NCBI GenBank assembly: GCA_045643885.1
Contig: JAZRFY010000017.1
Span: 7,060-71,059, forward strand
Length of the DNA: 64,000 nucleotides
Source of the DNA: Eubacteriales bacterium
GTDB taxonomy: Bacteria > Bacillota > Clostridia > Oscillospirales > CAG-272
Direction of reading: 5' to 3'
The notes beneath the pieces are model-generated. The model was given only the letters and a program-made list of their open reading frames with translations, was not told the origin of the DNA and ran no database searches. The translations under genes and the position numbers were made by a program. Shown piece by piece: positions 20,179 to 30,700 of this stretch (positions are counted from its first letter, which is position 1; every line of letters begins with the position of its first letter).

Positions 20179-21356
20179 TGAAACATTTGAAAAGCGTTTT
20201 GACACTTGTGGTGATCATCTCCATCGTTTCAGTTGCACTTGCAGTTTGCTTTGAAATCACAGATCCTATTATCAAGGAACAGCAGGCAGCAGCAGCAAGC
20301 GGAGCTCTTCTTGAGGTTATGCCCGACGGCGGTAGCTTCGAAAAGATGGACATCTCCTCTTATTCACTTCCCGCAACCATTGTTGAAGTAAACAAGTCAA
20401 GCAATGGTGGTTACGTATTCCAGGTATCCTTCTCAGGATTTAACCCCGGTAACGTTGCTATGATCGGCGTTTCTGCCGACGGCAAGATTACAGGTACAAA
20501 GTGTATCACAAATGCAGAGTCAAGCGGCTTTGGTGCGGATAGAATCCCCGAGCTTGATTCCAAGGGTCATTACAACGGTGCAGACGTTAGCACTATCGAC
20601 GGTGTTGACACAGTTACAGGCTGTACTGTTTCTACAAAGGCATACCGTGCAGTAGTTAAGGATGCTCTTAACGCAGCACTTATTCTCGGTGGTGGTGAGG
20701 TTGACCTTCGTACACCCGAGGAAATTCTCAATGAAAATCTTAACGTTGCACTCGGTACAGAGGGCGTTGAGTTCGATAAGCACTTCTTTGCAGAGGTTGT
20801 TGAAGGCGTTGAAGCTATCTACGTTGCAAAGAACGGTGCAGGCTACGTTGTAGCTATCGATGAAGAAACATTCGTAGGTGTCGGTGCTGACGGTGTTACT
20901 GTTGGTGAAACAAATGAAGTTGCAGAAGCAGCAATCGCTACAATCAAGGCAACAACATTCACAGATATCGATCTTACAAAGTATGAAGGACTCTCTAAGA
21001 GAGTTAAGTCCGCTAAGGTAACCGAAAACGGCGTTTACGTTCTTGAGGTTGAAGGCTCCGGCTTTGGCAAGAACGGCGATGCTCACTACGGTGCATCCGG
21101 CGAATACATCGTTATCAGAGTTGCTATCTCTGCTGACGGTACAATTATTGATTGTTACACTGTTTACCAGAGTGAAACAAACGGCTTCGGTTCTGTATGT
21201 GCAGAAGAATCCTTCTACGGTCAGTATGCAGGCAAGACAGAAGCAAACTATAAGGAAATCGCAATCGCAGGTTCCACTATGACAACAAAGGGTTACCAGG
21301 GCGCTATCCTTAATGCCTTTAAGGCAGTTACAATTTTTGAAGGGGGAGCAAAATAA
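20175..21356 (+). CDS. rnfG: Rnf subunit G, elongated with two FMN-binding domains
   Basis: Position between rnfD and rnfE; N-terminal anchor; two domains each with E(S/T)xGFG and a flavinylation-like motif (VDTVTGCTVST; IAGSTMTT); 393 aa. Confidence 0.85.
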   Translation: MMKHLKSVLTLVVIISIVSVALAVCFEITDPIIKEQQAAAASGALLEVMPDGGSFEKMDISSYSLPATIVEVNKSSNGGYVFQVSFSGFNPGNVAMIGVSADGKITGTKCITNAESSGFGADRIPELDSKGHYNGADVSTIDGVDTVTGCTVSTKAYRAVVKDALNAALILGGGEVDLRTPEEILNENLNVALGTEGVEFDKHFFAEVVEGVEAIYVAKNGAGYVVAIDEETFVGVGADGVTVGETNEVAEAAIATIKATTFTDIDLTKYEGLSKRVKSAKVTENGVYVLEVEGSGFGKNGDAHYGASGEYIVIRVAISADGTIIDCYTVYQSETNGFGSVCAEESFYGQYAGKTEANYKEIAIAGSTMTTKGYQGAILNAFKAVTIFEGGAK

Positions 21357-22048
21357 TGAGTAAGAATAACAATCTTTCTATTTTGACAAAGGGTATTATC
21401 AAAGAAAACCCTGTTCTCATCCTCGTTCTCGGTACTTGCCCCACACTTGCTGTAACAAACAACGTGTTTGGTGCATTCGGTATGGGTATCGCAGCTATGA
21501 TAGTTCTTATCTGCTCCAACATGCTCATCTCCGCTCTTCGTAAGGTTATTCCCGATAGCGTAAGAATTCCTTGCTATATCGTAATCATCGCAGGCTTCGT
21601 TACTATCGTTCAGATGGTAGTACAGGCGTTCTTGCCCGACCTTTATACACTTCTTGGCGTATATCTTCCCCTTATCGTTGTTAACTGCGTAATTCTTGGT
21701 AGAGCCGAGATGTTCGCAAGCAAGAACGGTGTAGTAAAGAGTGCGCTTGACGGTGTTGGTATGGGTATCGGCTTTACACTCGCGCTTGTTTGCATGGCAA
21801 CAATCCGTGAGGTGTTCGGCGCTGCAAGCTTTGCAGGCATCGCAATTCCTTTCCTTGAATCCTTCAAGATTGAATTTCTTGTAAAGGCTCCCGGTGGCTT
21901 GTTTGTATACGGCTTGCTCATCTCCCTTGTATACGTTCTTACAAAGGGTAAAGGACCTAAGAAAAAGTCATTCTCATGTGAGGGCTGTCCTGCAGCTTCT
22001 CATTGTAATCCCGCTCAGTGCGACGGAGCAGAAAAGGAGGAAGCGTAA
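21356..22048 (+). CDS. rnfE: Rnf complex subunit E
   Basis: ENP..VLGTCPTLAV, VRIP, LPLIVVNCVILGRAE. Confidence 0.95.
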   Translation: MSKNNNLSILTKGIIKENPVLILVLGTCPTLAVTNNVFGAFGMGIAAMIVLICSNMLISALRKVIPDSVRIPCYIVIIAGFVTIVQMVVQAFLPDLYTLLGVYLPLIVVNCVILGRAEMFASKNGVVKSALDGVGMGIGFTLALVCMATIREVFGAASFAGIAIPFLESFKIEFLVKAPGGLFVYGLLISLVYVLTKGKGPKKKSFSCEGCPAASHCNPAQCDGAEKEEA

Positions 22049-22648
22049 ATGGAAGCTATTAAGGGTTTGCTTGTAATTTTACTTTCATCAGTACTTGTAA
22101 ATAACTACGTACTTAGCCGTTTCCTTGGTATCTGTCCCTTCCTTGGTGTATCTAAGAAGATAGACCAGGCAACCGGTATGGGTATTTCCGTTATTGTAGT
22201 TATGCTTCTTGCAACTGCAGCAACATGGCCTATTCAAAAGTTCATTCTTGATCCCATGGGACTTGGATACATGCAGACGATCGTCTTCATCGTTATCATC
22301 GCGTCCCTTGTACAGATGCTTGAAATCTTCTTGAAGAAGTTCATTCCTTCTCTCCACGCAGGTCTTGGTGTGTATCTTCCCTTGATCACAACAAACTGTG
22401 CGGTTCTTGGTGTGGCTATCAACAACATCAACGATGGCTACAACTTCCTCGAATCTATGATCAGCTCTCTTGGAGCAGGTCTTGGATTCCTTCTTGCAAT
22501 GGTTCTTTTCTCAGGAGTTCGCTCCAGAATTGATGAAACAAAGGTTCCCAAGCCCTTCAGAGGTATTGCTATCACACTTGTGGCAGCATCCTTCCTCTCT
22601 CTTGCATTCATGGGTCTTGCAGGAATCGTTGAAAAGCTTTTCGCTTAA
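22049..22648 (+). CDS. rnfA: Rnf complex subunit A
   Basis: NNYVLSRFLGICPFLGVSKK, LGVYLPLITTNCAVLG. Confidence 0.95.
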   Translation: MEAIKGLLVILLSSVLVNNYVLSRFLGICPFLGVSKKIDQATGMGISVIVVMLLATAATWPIQKFILDPMGLGYMQTIVFIVIIASLVQMLEIFLKKFIPSLHAGLGVYLPLITTNCAVLGVAINNINDGYNFLESMISSLGAGLGFLLAMVLFSGVRSRIDETKVPKPFRGIAITLVAASFLSLAFMGLAGIVEKLFA

Positions 22649-22663
22649 TAAGGAGGTAGAAAT

Positions 22664-23464
22664 ATGTTGACTAATGTATTGATCGCCCTTCTTGTAATGG
22701 CAATTGTTGGTTTGGTTCTCGGTGTGTTGCTTGCACTTTGCACACATTTCTTCGGTATAGAGGACGATCCCAAGGTAAAGGCAGTCAGAGGTGCGCTTCC
22801 CGGCGCAAACTGTGGTGCATGTGGATTTAAGGGTTGTGACGACTATGCTAATGCAGTAGCAGAGGGCAGAGCGGCTCCCAACCTTTGTATCCCCGGTGGT
22901 GCAGACACAGTTGCTGCTATCTCTGAGGTTCTTGGCGTAAGCGCTGAGGCTGCTGAAGCAAAGGTTGCATTCGTTCACTGTAACGGTGTTTGCGGTGCAA
23001 CAAATCCCAAGGCTATCTACGACGGAGCAGAGAGCTGCAAGGCTGCTAACATGCTCTTTGGTGGATGCGGCTCATGTATCTACGGCTGTATCGGCTGTGG
23101 TGACTGTGTAAATGTATGTCCTGCAGATGCAATCTGCTTGAAGGATGGCATTGCTCACATCGATCCCAGAGCTTGTATCGGTTGCGGTATGTGTGCAAAA
23201 ACTTGTCCTAAGAACGTTATTTCCATGCTTCCCAAGGATTCCAAGGTTGCAGTATTCTGCAGCAACGAGGAAAAGGGTGCAGACGCTCGTAAGCATTGTT
23301 CAAATGCTTGTATCGGATGCAAGAAGTGTGAAAAGACTTGTCCTAACGGTGCAATTACAGTAATCAATAACAACGCAGTTGTTGACTACGAAAAGTGCAC
23401 AGGCTGTGGTATGTGCGCAGCGGCTTGTCCTACAAAATGTCTTAAGGAAGTTAGCTTTCAGTAA
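22664..23464 (+). CDS. rnfB: Rnf complex subunit B (polyferredoxin)
   Basis: LPGANCGACGF.GC, multiple CxxCxxCxxxCP motifs. Confidence 0.95.
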   Translation: MLTNVLIALLVMAIVGLVLGVLLALCTHFFGIEDDPKVKAVRGALPGANCGACGFKGCDDYANAVAEGRAAPNLCIPGGADTVAAISEVLGVSAEAAEAKVAFVHCNGVCGATNPKAIYDGAESCKAANMLFGGCGSCIYGCIGCGDCVNVCPADAICLKDGIAHIDPRACIGCGMCAKTCPKNVISMLPKDSKVAVFCSNEEKGADARKHCSNACIGCKKCEKTCPNGAITVINNNAVVDYEKCTGCGMCAAACPTKCLKEVSFQ

Positions 23465-23474
23465 TTAAAAATGA

Positions 23475-23506
23475 TTTTGGGGAGGCTTTTCGCCTCCCCG
23501 AAAAAA
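23475..23506. terminator. Hairpin after rnfB (terminator or mRNA-stabilising stem)
   Basis: TTTTGGGGAGGC-ttttc-GCCTCCCCGAAAA; lacks a plus-strand U-tail. Confidence 0.5.
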
Positions 23507-23536
23507 GATTTTATTGAAATTTTAAGAGGTGTTGAT

Positions 23537-23935
23537 ATGGCAGAGAAGAGTAATGCCAAGAAAATTAAAAACGATATAATTTTTATTGTGGCTCTGGTCC
23601 TCATTCTTGCCATAATCGGTGGATTGATGTTTCTTTTGGGAGAAGAGGGAAATACCGTTGTTGTTAAAATAGACGGTGAACTCTTTGGTGAATATCCGCT
23701 TAATGAGGATAGAGTGGTCGAAATAAGATCCGAGCATGGATATAACATCATGGTTATAAAGGACGGTCAGGTTTATGTTGAGGATGCAGACTGTCCCGGT
23801 AAATATGCATGGACTAAATGCACAAATCAATCTCCTATATCATACACTTGGCAGCATATCTGGTGCCAGGAAAATATGGTGGAGATTTCGATTAACGGCA
23901 AAGTCGAGGATGGCGGTCTTGATATCGTTTCGTGA
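23537..23935 (+). CDS. NusG domain II-containing (DUF1312) exported protein
   Basis: N-terminal TM, N.MVIKDGQVYVEDADCP...C..Q......IWC pattern; start after GAGGT. Confidence 0.8.
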   Translation: MAEKSNAKKIKNDIIFIVALVLILAIIGGLMFLLGEEGNTVVVKIDGELFGEYPLNEDRVVEIRSEHGYNIMVIKDGQVYVEDADCPGKYAWTKCTNQSPISYTWQHIWCQENMVEISINGKVEDGGLDIVS

Positions 23936-23946
23936 GGTGATTTGAT

Positions 23947-24453
23947 ATGAGAAGTAGAATGAAAATTCAAAGATTGACTCTCCTTGCGCTCTGTATATCC
24001 TTGGCTATGATTTTATCATACGTTGAGTTGCGACTTTTAGGAGACCTTCCTTTCAGACCCGGTCTTCCTAATATAATAATAATCTGGGCACTTTATACAC
24101 TTGGGATTAAGGACGCGTCCATGATCTCTTTTGTAAGACTTTTCCTGGTTTGCGTTTTGTTTGCTCAGGGACGAGTTGACAGACTTATGTATAGCCTTGC
24201 AGGAGCACTTCTTAGTCTTCTTGTGATGGCATTGCTCAAAAAGCTTAATTTTCTCTCCAGCGTGGGAGTTAGTGTTTCGGGCGCTGTGATGCATAACGTA
24301 GGTCAGGTACTTGTCGCGGCGTTTTTGTTTGATACGTGGGCAGTGGGAACAATGCTAATCCCCCTTGCTATCACGGCAGTTGCTTCGGGCATATTCATCG
24401 GAATGTGTGGAGCATTCCTTGTAAAACGCTTCGATAATATATTAAAACGGTAA
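23947..24453 (+). CDS. Gx transporter family / heptaprenyl diphosphate synthase component I
   Basis: LAMILSYVE, GLPNIII, SLAGALLS, GVSVSGAVMHNVGQ. Confidence 0.85.
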   Translation: MRSRMKIQRLTLLALCISLAMILSYVELRLLGDLPFRPGLPNIIIIWALYTLGIKDASMISFVRLFLVCVLFAQGRVDRLMYSLAGALLSLLVMALLKKLNFLSSVGVSVSGAVMHNVGQVLVAAFLFDTWAVGTMLIPLAITAVASGIFIGMCGAFLVKRFDNILKR

Positions 24454-24579
24454 AAAAACATATTTTTTGCTTATTTTTTTATGAACATATCTCAATTTCT
24501 ATTGACAAAGCAGAAAAATATGGTATAATACAAGGTGGCGAATGCCTAATAATAATTTAATAAAGGGGTTAAAAACACT

Positions 24580-25650
24580 ATGAACAAGAAAACATTAGTT
24601 ATCGTTACAGCGGTAGTAGTTGTTCTCGCAGTAGTTCTTGGTATCGTTTTCCTTGGTGGAAACACAGAAACACCTGCTACAACAACAGACAAAGAATACA
24701 AGCTCGGTATGGGCGTTGCATTCGGCGAATTCACAAACGCACAGATCAATGGTACTGTTGCTACAGTAGTTCTTGACGATGCTGGTAAGATCGTTGCTTG
24801 CCGTATCGATACATTCCAGAACAAGTACACAGCAGACGAAGAAGTAACATTCACAAGCACAAAGTCCAAGATGGAGCTTGGCTACGACTACAACATGTCT
24901 AAGTTTGGTCACTCTCTCGTTGGTAATGAAACAGTTAAAGAATGGTTCGAACAGGCTAAGGCTTTCGAAGCATGGGTAGTTGGCAAGACAGCTAACGAAA
25001 TCAAGAACATGAAGCTCCAGACAATGTCTAACGGTTACGTAATCGCTAACGAGCAGGATCTTCTTGACGCAGGCTGCACAATCTCTATCGAAGAATTCAG
25101 AGATGCAGTTGTAAAGGCTTGCAATGACGAGCAGGGCACATCCTTCAAGACATCCGAGACATTCACACTCGGCGTTGCTCTTGTAAGCGAAGACAACGGT
25201 TCTTCCGTTTCTGATGAAGGTTACTCTGTAAAGATGAACATCGACATGGCTGCAACAGTAGTTGCAGGTGGCAAGATCCTTGCTACTCTTAACGATGCAG
25301 CTCAGCCCGTAGTAGTTGTTGATGCTGAGGGCAACGTAACAGAAACATCTGTTGGTAAGGGTGCTGGCATCATCAAGACAAAGAGAGAGCTTAAGGAAGA
25401 CTACAAGATGGCTGCTTTCGGCACATCTCTTGTTGGTAACGAAAAGGCAACTGAATGGTACATTCAGTCTGCAGCATTCTCTGCACACGTTACAGGCATG
25501 ACAAAGACAGAGCTTAAGGCTATGCCCACACAGACAATGAGCAATGGTTACGTTATCTCTTCTGATAGCGAGCTCCTTGATGCTGGTTGCACAATGTCTA
25601 TCACAGGCATCATCGACGTAGTTGCTAAGTCTATCGACAACGCAAGATAA
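24580..25650 (+). CDS. Membrane-anchored protein with two tandem FMN-binding-like repeats (probable ApbE substrate)
   Basis: Signal anchor; internal duplication K(S/T)KxELxxDYxM...EWxxQxxAF...LLDAGCT(I/M)SI; directly upstream of apbE. Confidence 0.7.
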   Translation: MNKKTLVIVTAVVVVLAVVLGIVFLGGNTETPATTTDKEYKLGMGVAFGEFTNAQINGTVATVVLDDAGKIVACRIDTFQNKYTADEEVTFTSTKSKMELGYDYNMSKFGHSLVGNETVKEWFEQAKAFEAWVVGKTANEIKNMKLQTMSNGYVIANEQDLLDAGCTISIEEFRDAVVKACNDEQGTSFKTSETFTLGVALVSEDNGSSVSDEGYSVKMNIDMAATVVAGGKILATLNDAAQPVVVVDAEGNVTETSVGKGAGIIKTKRELKEDYKMAAFGTSLVGNEKATEWYIQSAAFSAHVTGMTKTELKAMPTQTMSNGYVISSDSELLDAGCTMSITGIIDVVAKSIDNAR

Positions 25651-25716
25651 TTTATCTTAAAAACAATTGAAAAGGGAGGAGCTTTTCCTCCCTTTTCTTA
25701 AATTAAGGGTGAGATT

Positions 25717-26793
25717 ATGAAGAAAAAGCTTCTTATGACTTTATGCGCGTTGGCACTTGTTGCCGTAGCAATCGTGCTTGTTTTTGTAAATGCCGAAAAA
25801 GAGGTCGAAAAAACAAGATACGCTGCAACTGAATACGGATATTTCGACACCGTAACAACGATTACAGGATATGCCGAAACAGGTGAAGAGTTTGAAAAGA
25901 CAGTCAACGAGATTCTTGTGCTTCTTGCTGAATATCACAAGCTTTTCGACATCTACAACGAGTATGACGGAATGGAAAATCTTTATACTATAAACAAGCT
26001 CTATGACGGAGAGCACAGGGTGATCAAGGTCGATCAAAGAATAATAGATATGCTCCTTTATGCAAGGGATATCTATGACAAGACCAATGGAAAAATGAAT
26101 ATTGCTATGGGTAGTGTCCTTTCGATCTGGCACGATTATCGTACCGCGGGTGAAGAAAATCCTCAGAAGGCAGAGCTTCCTCCTATGGAGATGCTTCTTG
26201 AAGCAAGCGAGCATATGGATATAAACGATCTCATCATTGATAAGGAAAATTCCACAGTTTATCTTGCCGATCCCAAGATGAAGCTCGACGTTGGAGCTAT
26301 AGCAAAGGGATATGCCGTTGAAATGGTGGCAAGATACCTCGAAGAAAAGGGAATTGATAATTTCGTTATCAACGTTGGTGGCAATATAAGAACCATCGGC
26401 AAAAGATATGACGGAAAATTCTGGTATGCAGGTATTGAAAATCCAGGTCTTGATATTGAAGAAAGCTATATAGCTTATCTTGGACTTTCCGGTGAAGCGA
26501 TCGTTACAAGCGGCTCATATCAAAGATTTTATTTCGTTAAGGGAAAGGCATATCACCACATTATTGACGGTGAAACTCTTATGCCTGCAGAATATTTGAT
26601 TGCAGTATCGGTGATTTGTGAAAATTCTGCCGACGGTGACGGACTTTCAACTGCACTTTTCTGCATGTCCTTGGAAGAGGGACAGGCACTTGTTGAATCT
26701 CTTGAAGGAGTTGAGGCTATGTGGACCTTACCTGACGGAACAAGAGTAAAATCAAGCGGATTCTCTCGTTTTGAGGATCAGTATCAAAAATAA
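25717..26793 (+). CDS. apbE: FAD:protein FMN transferase
   Basis: YFDT, LDVGAIAKGYA, INVGGN, VTSGSYQR..YHHIID, ADGDGLSTALF. Confidence 0.93.
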   Translation: MKKKLLMTLCALALVAVAIVLVFVNAEKEVEKTRYAATEYGYFDTVTTITGYAETGEEFEKTVNEILVLLAEYHKLFDIYNEYDGMENLYTINKLYDGEHRVIKVDQRIIDMLLYARDIYDKTNGKMNIAMGSVLSIWHDYRTAGEENPQKAELPPMEMLLEASEHMDINDLIIDKENSTVYLADPKMKLDVGAIAKGYAVEMVARYLEEKGIDNFVINVGGNIRTIGKRYDGKFWYAGIENPGLDIEESYIAYLGLSGEAIVTSGSYQRFYFVKGKAYHHIIDGETLMPAEYLIAVSVICENSADGDGLSTALFCMSLEEGQALVESLEGVEAMWTLPDGTRVKSSGFSRFEDQYQK

Positions 26794-26796
26794 AAG

Positions 26797-26828
26797 AAAA
26801 AGAGCATCGAAAAGATGCTCTTTTTTTA
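26797..26828. terminator. Bidirectional terminator
   Basis: AAAAAGAGCATC-gaaaa-GATGCTCTTTTTTTT between apbE and udk. Confidence 0.8.
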
Positions 26829-26838
26829 TTATAAATTT

Positions 26839-27453
26839 TTATTCTTCAAGTCTTTTTGCTATTCTTGTTGCCACGATATCGAGGGCGGTTTTGTTTTTGC
26901 CACCGTTTATAATGATGTCGGCATATTTTTTCGTCGGCTCAACATAGATTCCGTGCATGGGCTTAACTGTGCCAAGATACTGATTGATAACGCCGTCAAT
27001 ATCACGTCCACGCTCGTTTACGTCACGGCGAAGACGACGAAGGATGCGCTCGTCCGCATCTGCATCGGTAAAGATTTTGATATCAAACATTTCACGAAGG
27101 CGTTCATCGTGGAAGGTAAGGATGCCATCAACTATGATGATGGGAGAGGGCTCAAGACGGGAAAGCTCTGCCTTTCTTGTGTGGATCTTGAAATCGTAAT
27201 TGGGAACGTCAACCGCTTCACCCTTTTGAAGAACACGAAGGTGCTTAACGAGAAGATCCGTGTCAAGTGCATCGGGGCAGTCATAGTTTGTCTTGATTCT
27301 TTCCTCAAAGCTAAGATGATCCTGTGGCTTGTAGTAGTTGTCATAGGAGATAACAGTTATCTCGTCAGGGAAGAGAGCAAGAAGACGCTCGGCAAAGGTT
27401 GATTTACCACTGCCTGTGCCTCCTGCAATACCGATGAGCATTGGAGATTTCAT
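26839..27453 (-). CDS. udk: Uridine kinase
   Basis: GIAGGTGSGKST P-loop, DNYY, NYDCPDA, RRLRRDV.ERGR, VKPMH..YVEPTKKYADII. Confidence 0.95.
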   Translation of the reverse strand: MKSPMLIGIAGGTGSGKSTFAERLLALFPDEITVISYDNYYKPQDHLSFEERIKTNYDCPDALDTDLLVKHLRVLQKGEAVDVPNYDFKIHTRKAELSRLEPSPIIIVDGILTFHDERLREMFDIKIFTDADADERILRRLRRDVNERGRDIDGVINQYLGTVKPMHGIYVEPTKKYADIIINGGKNKTALDIVATRIAKRLEE

Positions 27454-27657
27454 AATTGATTTTCCTTTTCAAAAAGTATTATTTTATCGAATAATATTAT
27501 ATCATTCAGATATTAAAATGTCAATCTTTTTTACCTTGTGATAACAAAAATAAAATCATTGTGAAAAAGCACTATTTTGACTAAATAAACGTTGTGCAAA
27601 ATGCATAATCAAGTGAAAATATTTTATTAAAAATTGTAATAAAAATATAAAAACCTC

Positions 27658-27719
27658 TTGAAAAAAATAAAATTAAATGATAAAATTATACTGTGATAAT
27701 TTACGCATACCGTTGCGAA
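27658..27719 (+). promoter_or_regulatory. Promoter of CE8 gene with LacI-type operator-like palindrome
   Basis: TTGAAA-17 nt-TAAAAT (27658-27686); CGCATACCGTTGCG at 27704-27717. Confidence 0.5.
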
Positions 27720-27748
27720 AAATCTATGATTATCAGAAAGGAAAAACT

Positions 27749-30700
27749 ATGAAAAAGTATTTAGCTTTATTTCTCATCTGTTGCATGGTCATGACAGTTC
27801 TTGCTTCTTGCAGTTGGTTCCACAAGGAATGCACAGAGCACGTTGATGCAGATTCCAACTACGTCTGCGACAACTGTGGAGCAGAGCTTGAAAAGCCTCC
27901 CGTCATTTGTGACGAGCACACAGACAAGGATAACGACGCAAAGTGCGACGTTTGTGGAGAAGACATTCCCGATCCCCGTCCTCCCGTATGCGAGGAGCAT
28001 AAGGACGAAGACGGCGACCTTAAGTGTGACGCTTGTGCTCACGTAATGTTTGAGCAGGTTAAGTACACACTTAACATCAGTGATATCGAAACAGGTGTTC
28101 GTTCCGATAATGATATCATCAGCAAATTTACAATTGCTTCAGGTACTGAGGTAAGAAACAGAACAAAGTCTTTTGAGGGCGTTGAATATAGCAAGTCCGT
28201 TAAGATCGGTGGAACCGGTCATAAGATTGTGGTTGACGTTCCCGGTACAGGCACACTTAAATTTATCGTGCAGAACGGTTCAAGTGGTGCAGAAATGCAG
28301 TTTATCAAGGTTATAGGTCCTGACGGAAAAACTCAGGATATCGAATTCGTTGGTAGCATAGAATCCAGCCCCCTTGTTATGATCGAGGTTGAGGTTACTG
28401 AAGGTCAGTGGACTATCACTCGCGGTAAGAACGGTGGCACACAGGATATCTTCTATCTTGAGCTTGAATGCATCGTAGCGGTTGCTCCCGAAAACGGATT
28501 TGAGCTTGTAAGTGAAGGTAAGGTTGATTACCTTGTTGGAGAAGAGCTTAACTTTGCTAAGCTTTATCTCAATTCTACATTTGAAAACGGCAAGACAGAA
28601 ACTCTTCCTCTTGAAAACGTTGTAATCGATACATCCCTTGTAAATATGGGACAGTCAGGCACATATCCTATCACAATTAAATATGCAGAATATGAGCCCA
28701 TTACTTATTACGTAAACGTATATGCTCCCGAATCTATCAAGCTTGGCTTTGATGCTATTGAAAAGCTTGCTCAGAACTCCGCTGCAGGTAACGGTGTTTA
28801 CTACAACCACAGCTGGAAAGAGGTTTATATGATCGGTGAAGAGCTTGATACCGACGGTCTTTCTGTTATCGTAGTTGCTAGCTGCGGTGACAAAACGATC
28901 GAGTTCTTGGTTAAGGATTATGAGATCAATGGATTTGATTCCTCCTTTGCAGACTTCAACAAGCTCACAATCGTTGCACACGGACTTGAAACCGAGGTAA
29001 CAGTTCACGTTACTGAATCTCAGCCCACAGCTAACGAGGATGACGTTTATATGCTTCTCGTTGATCCTGCATACCTTGGTATTGCAGGTGCTATTAGTGG
29101 TCCTTACCATGTATTCAGCACTATCCAGGGTGCTCTTGACTACGCTGAACACATCGAAGATAGCGCAGTTAAGGAAATTTACGTTGCTCCCGGTCTCTAT
29201 ACAGAAAAGCTTGAAATCACAATTCCTAATCTTAAGCTCATCGGTATTGGCGACACTCCCGACGAGGTAGTTATCGAATGGGATTCTCTCTACGGTCTTG
29301 AGGATGCAGGTGGATTCGTTCACACCACAGACTCCACAGCAACTGTTGCCGTAAGAGAAAGCGCAGTTAACTGTGTGATCGAAAACGTAACTATTTCTAA
29401 CTACTGGAACACTCAGGAAAGAATGGATGAAGCAGGTCTTGCAATCGAAAGAGGTCTTGCACTTCTCGTTCAGTCCGACAGATTCATTATGAAGAACGGC
29501 GCGCTTCTCGGTATCCAGGATACACTTGAGCTTTTCACAGGCCGTCAGTATTTTGAAAACGTGTTCATTTCCGGTTATACCGACTTTATCTTCGGTACAA
29601 ACAACACAACATACTTTGAGGGTTGTACAATCCACGTTATCGACACTGAAAAGGACGATAAGGGAACAGCAGGTTATATCACAGCGTTCAAGGGCTCTAA
29701 CAAGAACGAATCCGACGCTATTACATACGGTGCTATCTTCGACGGATGTAACTTTACAGCTGACGAAGGCGTAACACTCGGCTGCACAGCAATCGGCCGT
29801 CCTTGGGGCGCATATGCTGCAGTTGCAGTTATGAATTCCGAGCTTGGTGGACACATCTCCACAAAGGGCTTCTCAACAAGCAAGAACGAGCGTTACGTTT
29901 CTATGACAGTTAAGCCCACAGATGCAACTGCTCAGTTTGTTGAATACAACAACACAGGTGCAGGTGCTATTACTGAAGAGGTTGCAGGTATGAGAATGCT
30001 CACAGATGAAGAGGCTGCAACATATGCAAACTTCGAAGTAATCTTTGGCACAACAAACAGAAACGTTTCTTATCTCGATCCTTGGGACCCCATGTCCGAA
30101 GAGGTTGTAGTAGATGACAGAACATACTATTACTTTAACGGTGGAAAGGGTACGTCCGGTACGTCCTACACTTACACAGATAACCTTCAGGGAACAACAG
30201 GCTCTATCGGTGACATCGCTATCGATGCTACAAAGGGCAAGGTTACTGCAAGAGGCTCTGACACACAGATCAATGCAGGTGCAAAGCTTACGTTCAATGT
30301 TGAAGCCGGCACACTCGTAACAGTAATCTCTTATCCCGGTTACGGTTATTACACACTCAACGGCGTTGCTCACAACGCAAACGATTCCTTCAGCCAGTAT
30401 TATGCAGAGGCAACTGAGGTTGTTTTTGAGGCTACTGCAACAGCATACATCTATCAGATCATTATCGATCCCAACAGTGATGCTCCCGAAGCACCCTCCA
30501 TCAATCAGATCAAGGTTGAGGGTATGAATACAAATTATACAGTTGGTGATGAGATCTCTCTTGAAGGTGCAAAGGTTAACGTATACTATTCCGATAACTC
30601 CATCGTAACTGTTTCCGACTATACTGTTGATTCAAGTGCAGTTAACAATGCAGAAGCAGGAACATATGACGTAGTATTCAGCTTTGGTGGTGTTTCTGCT

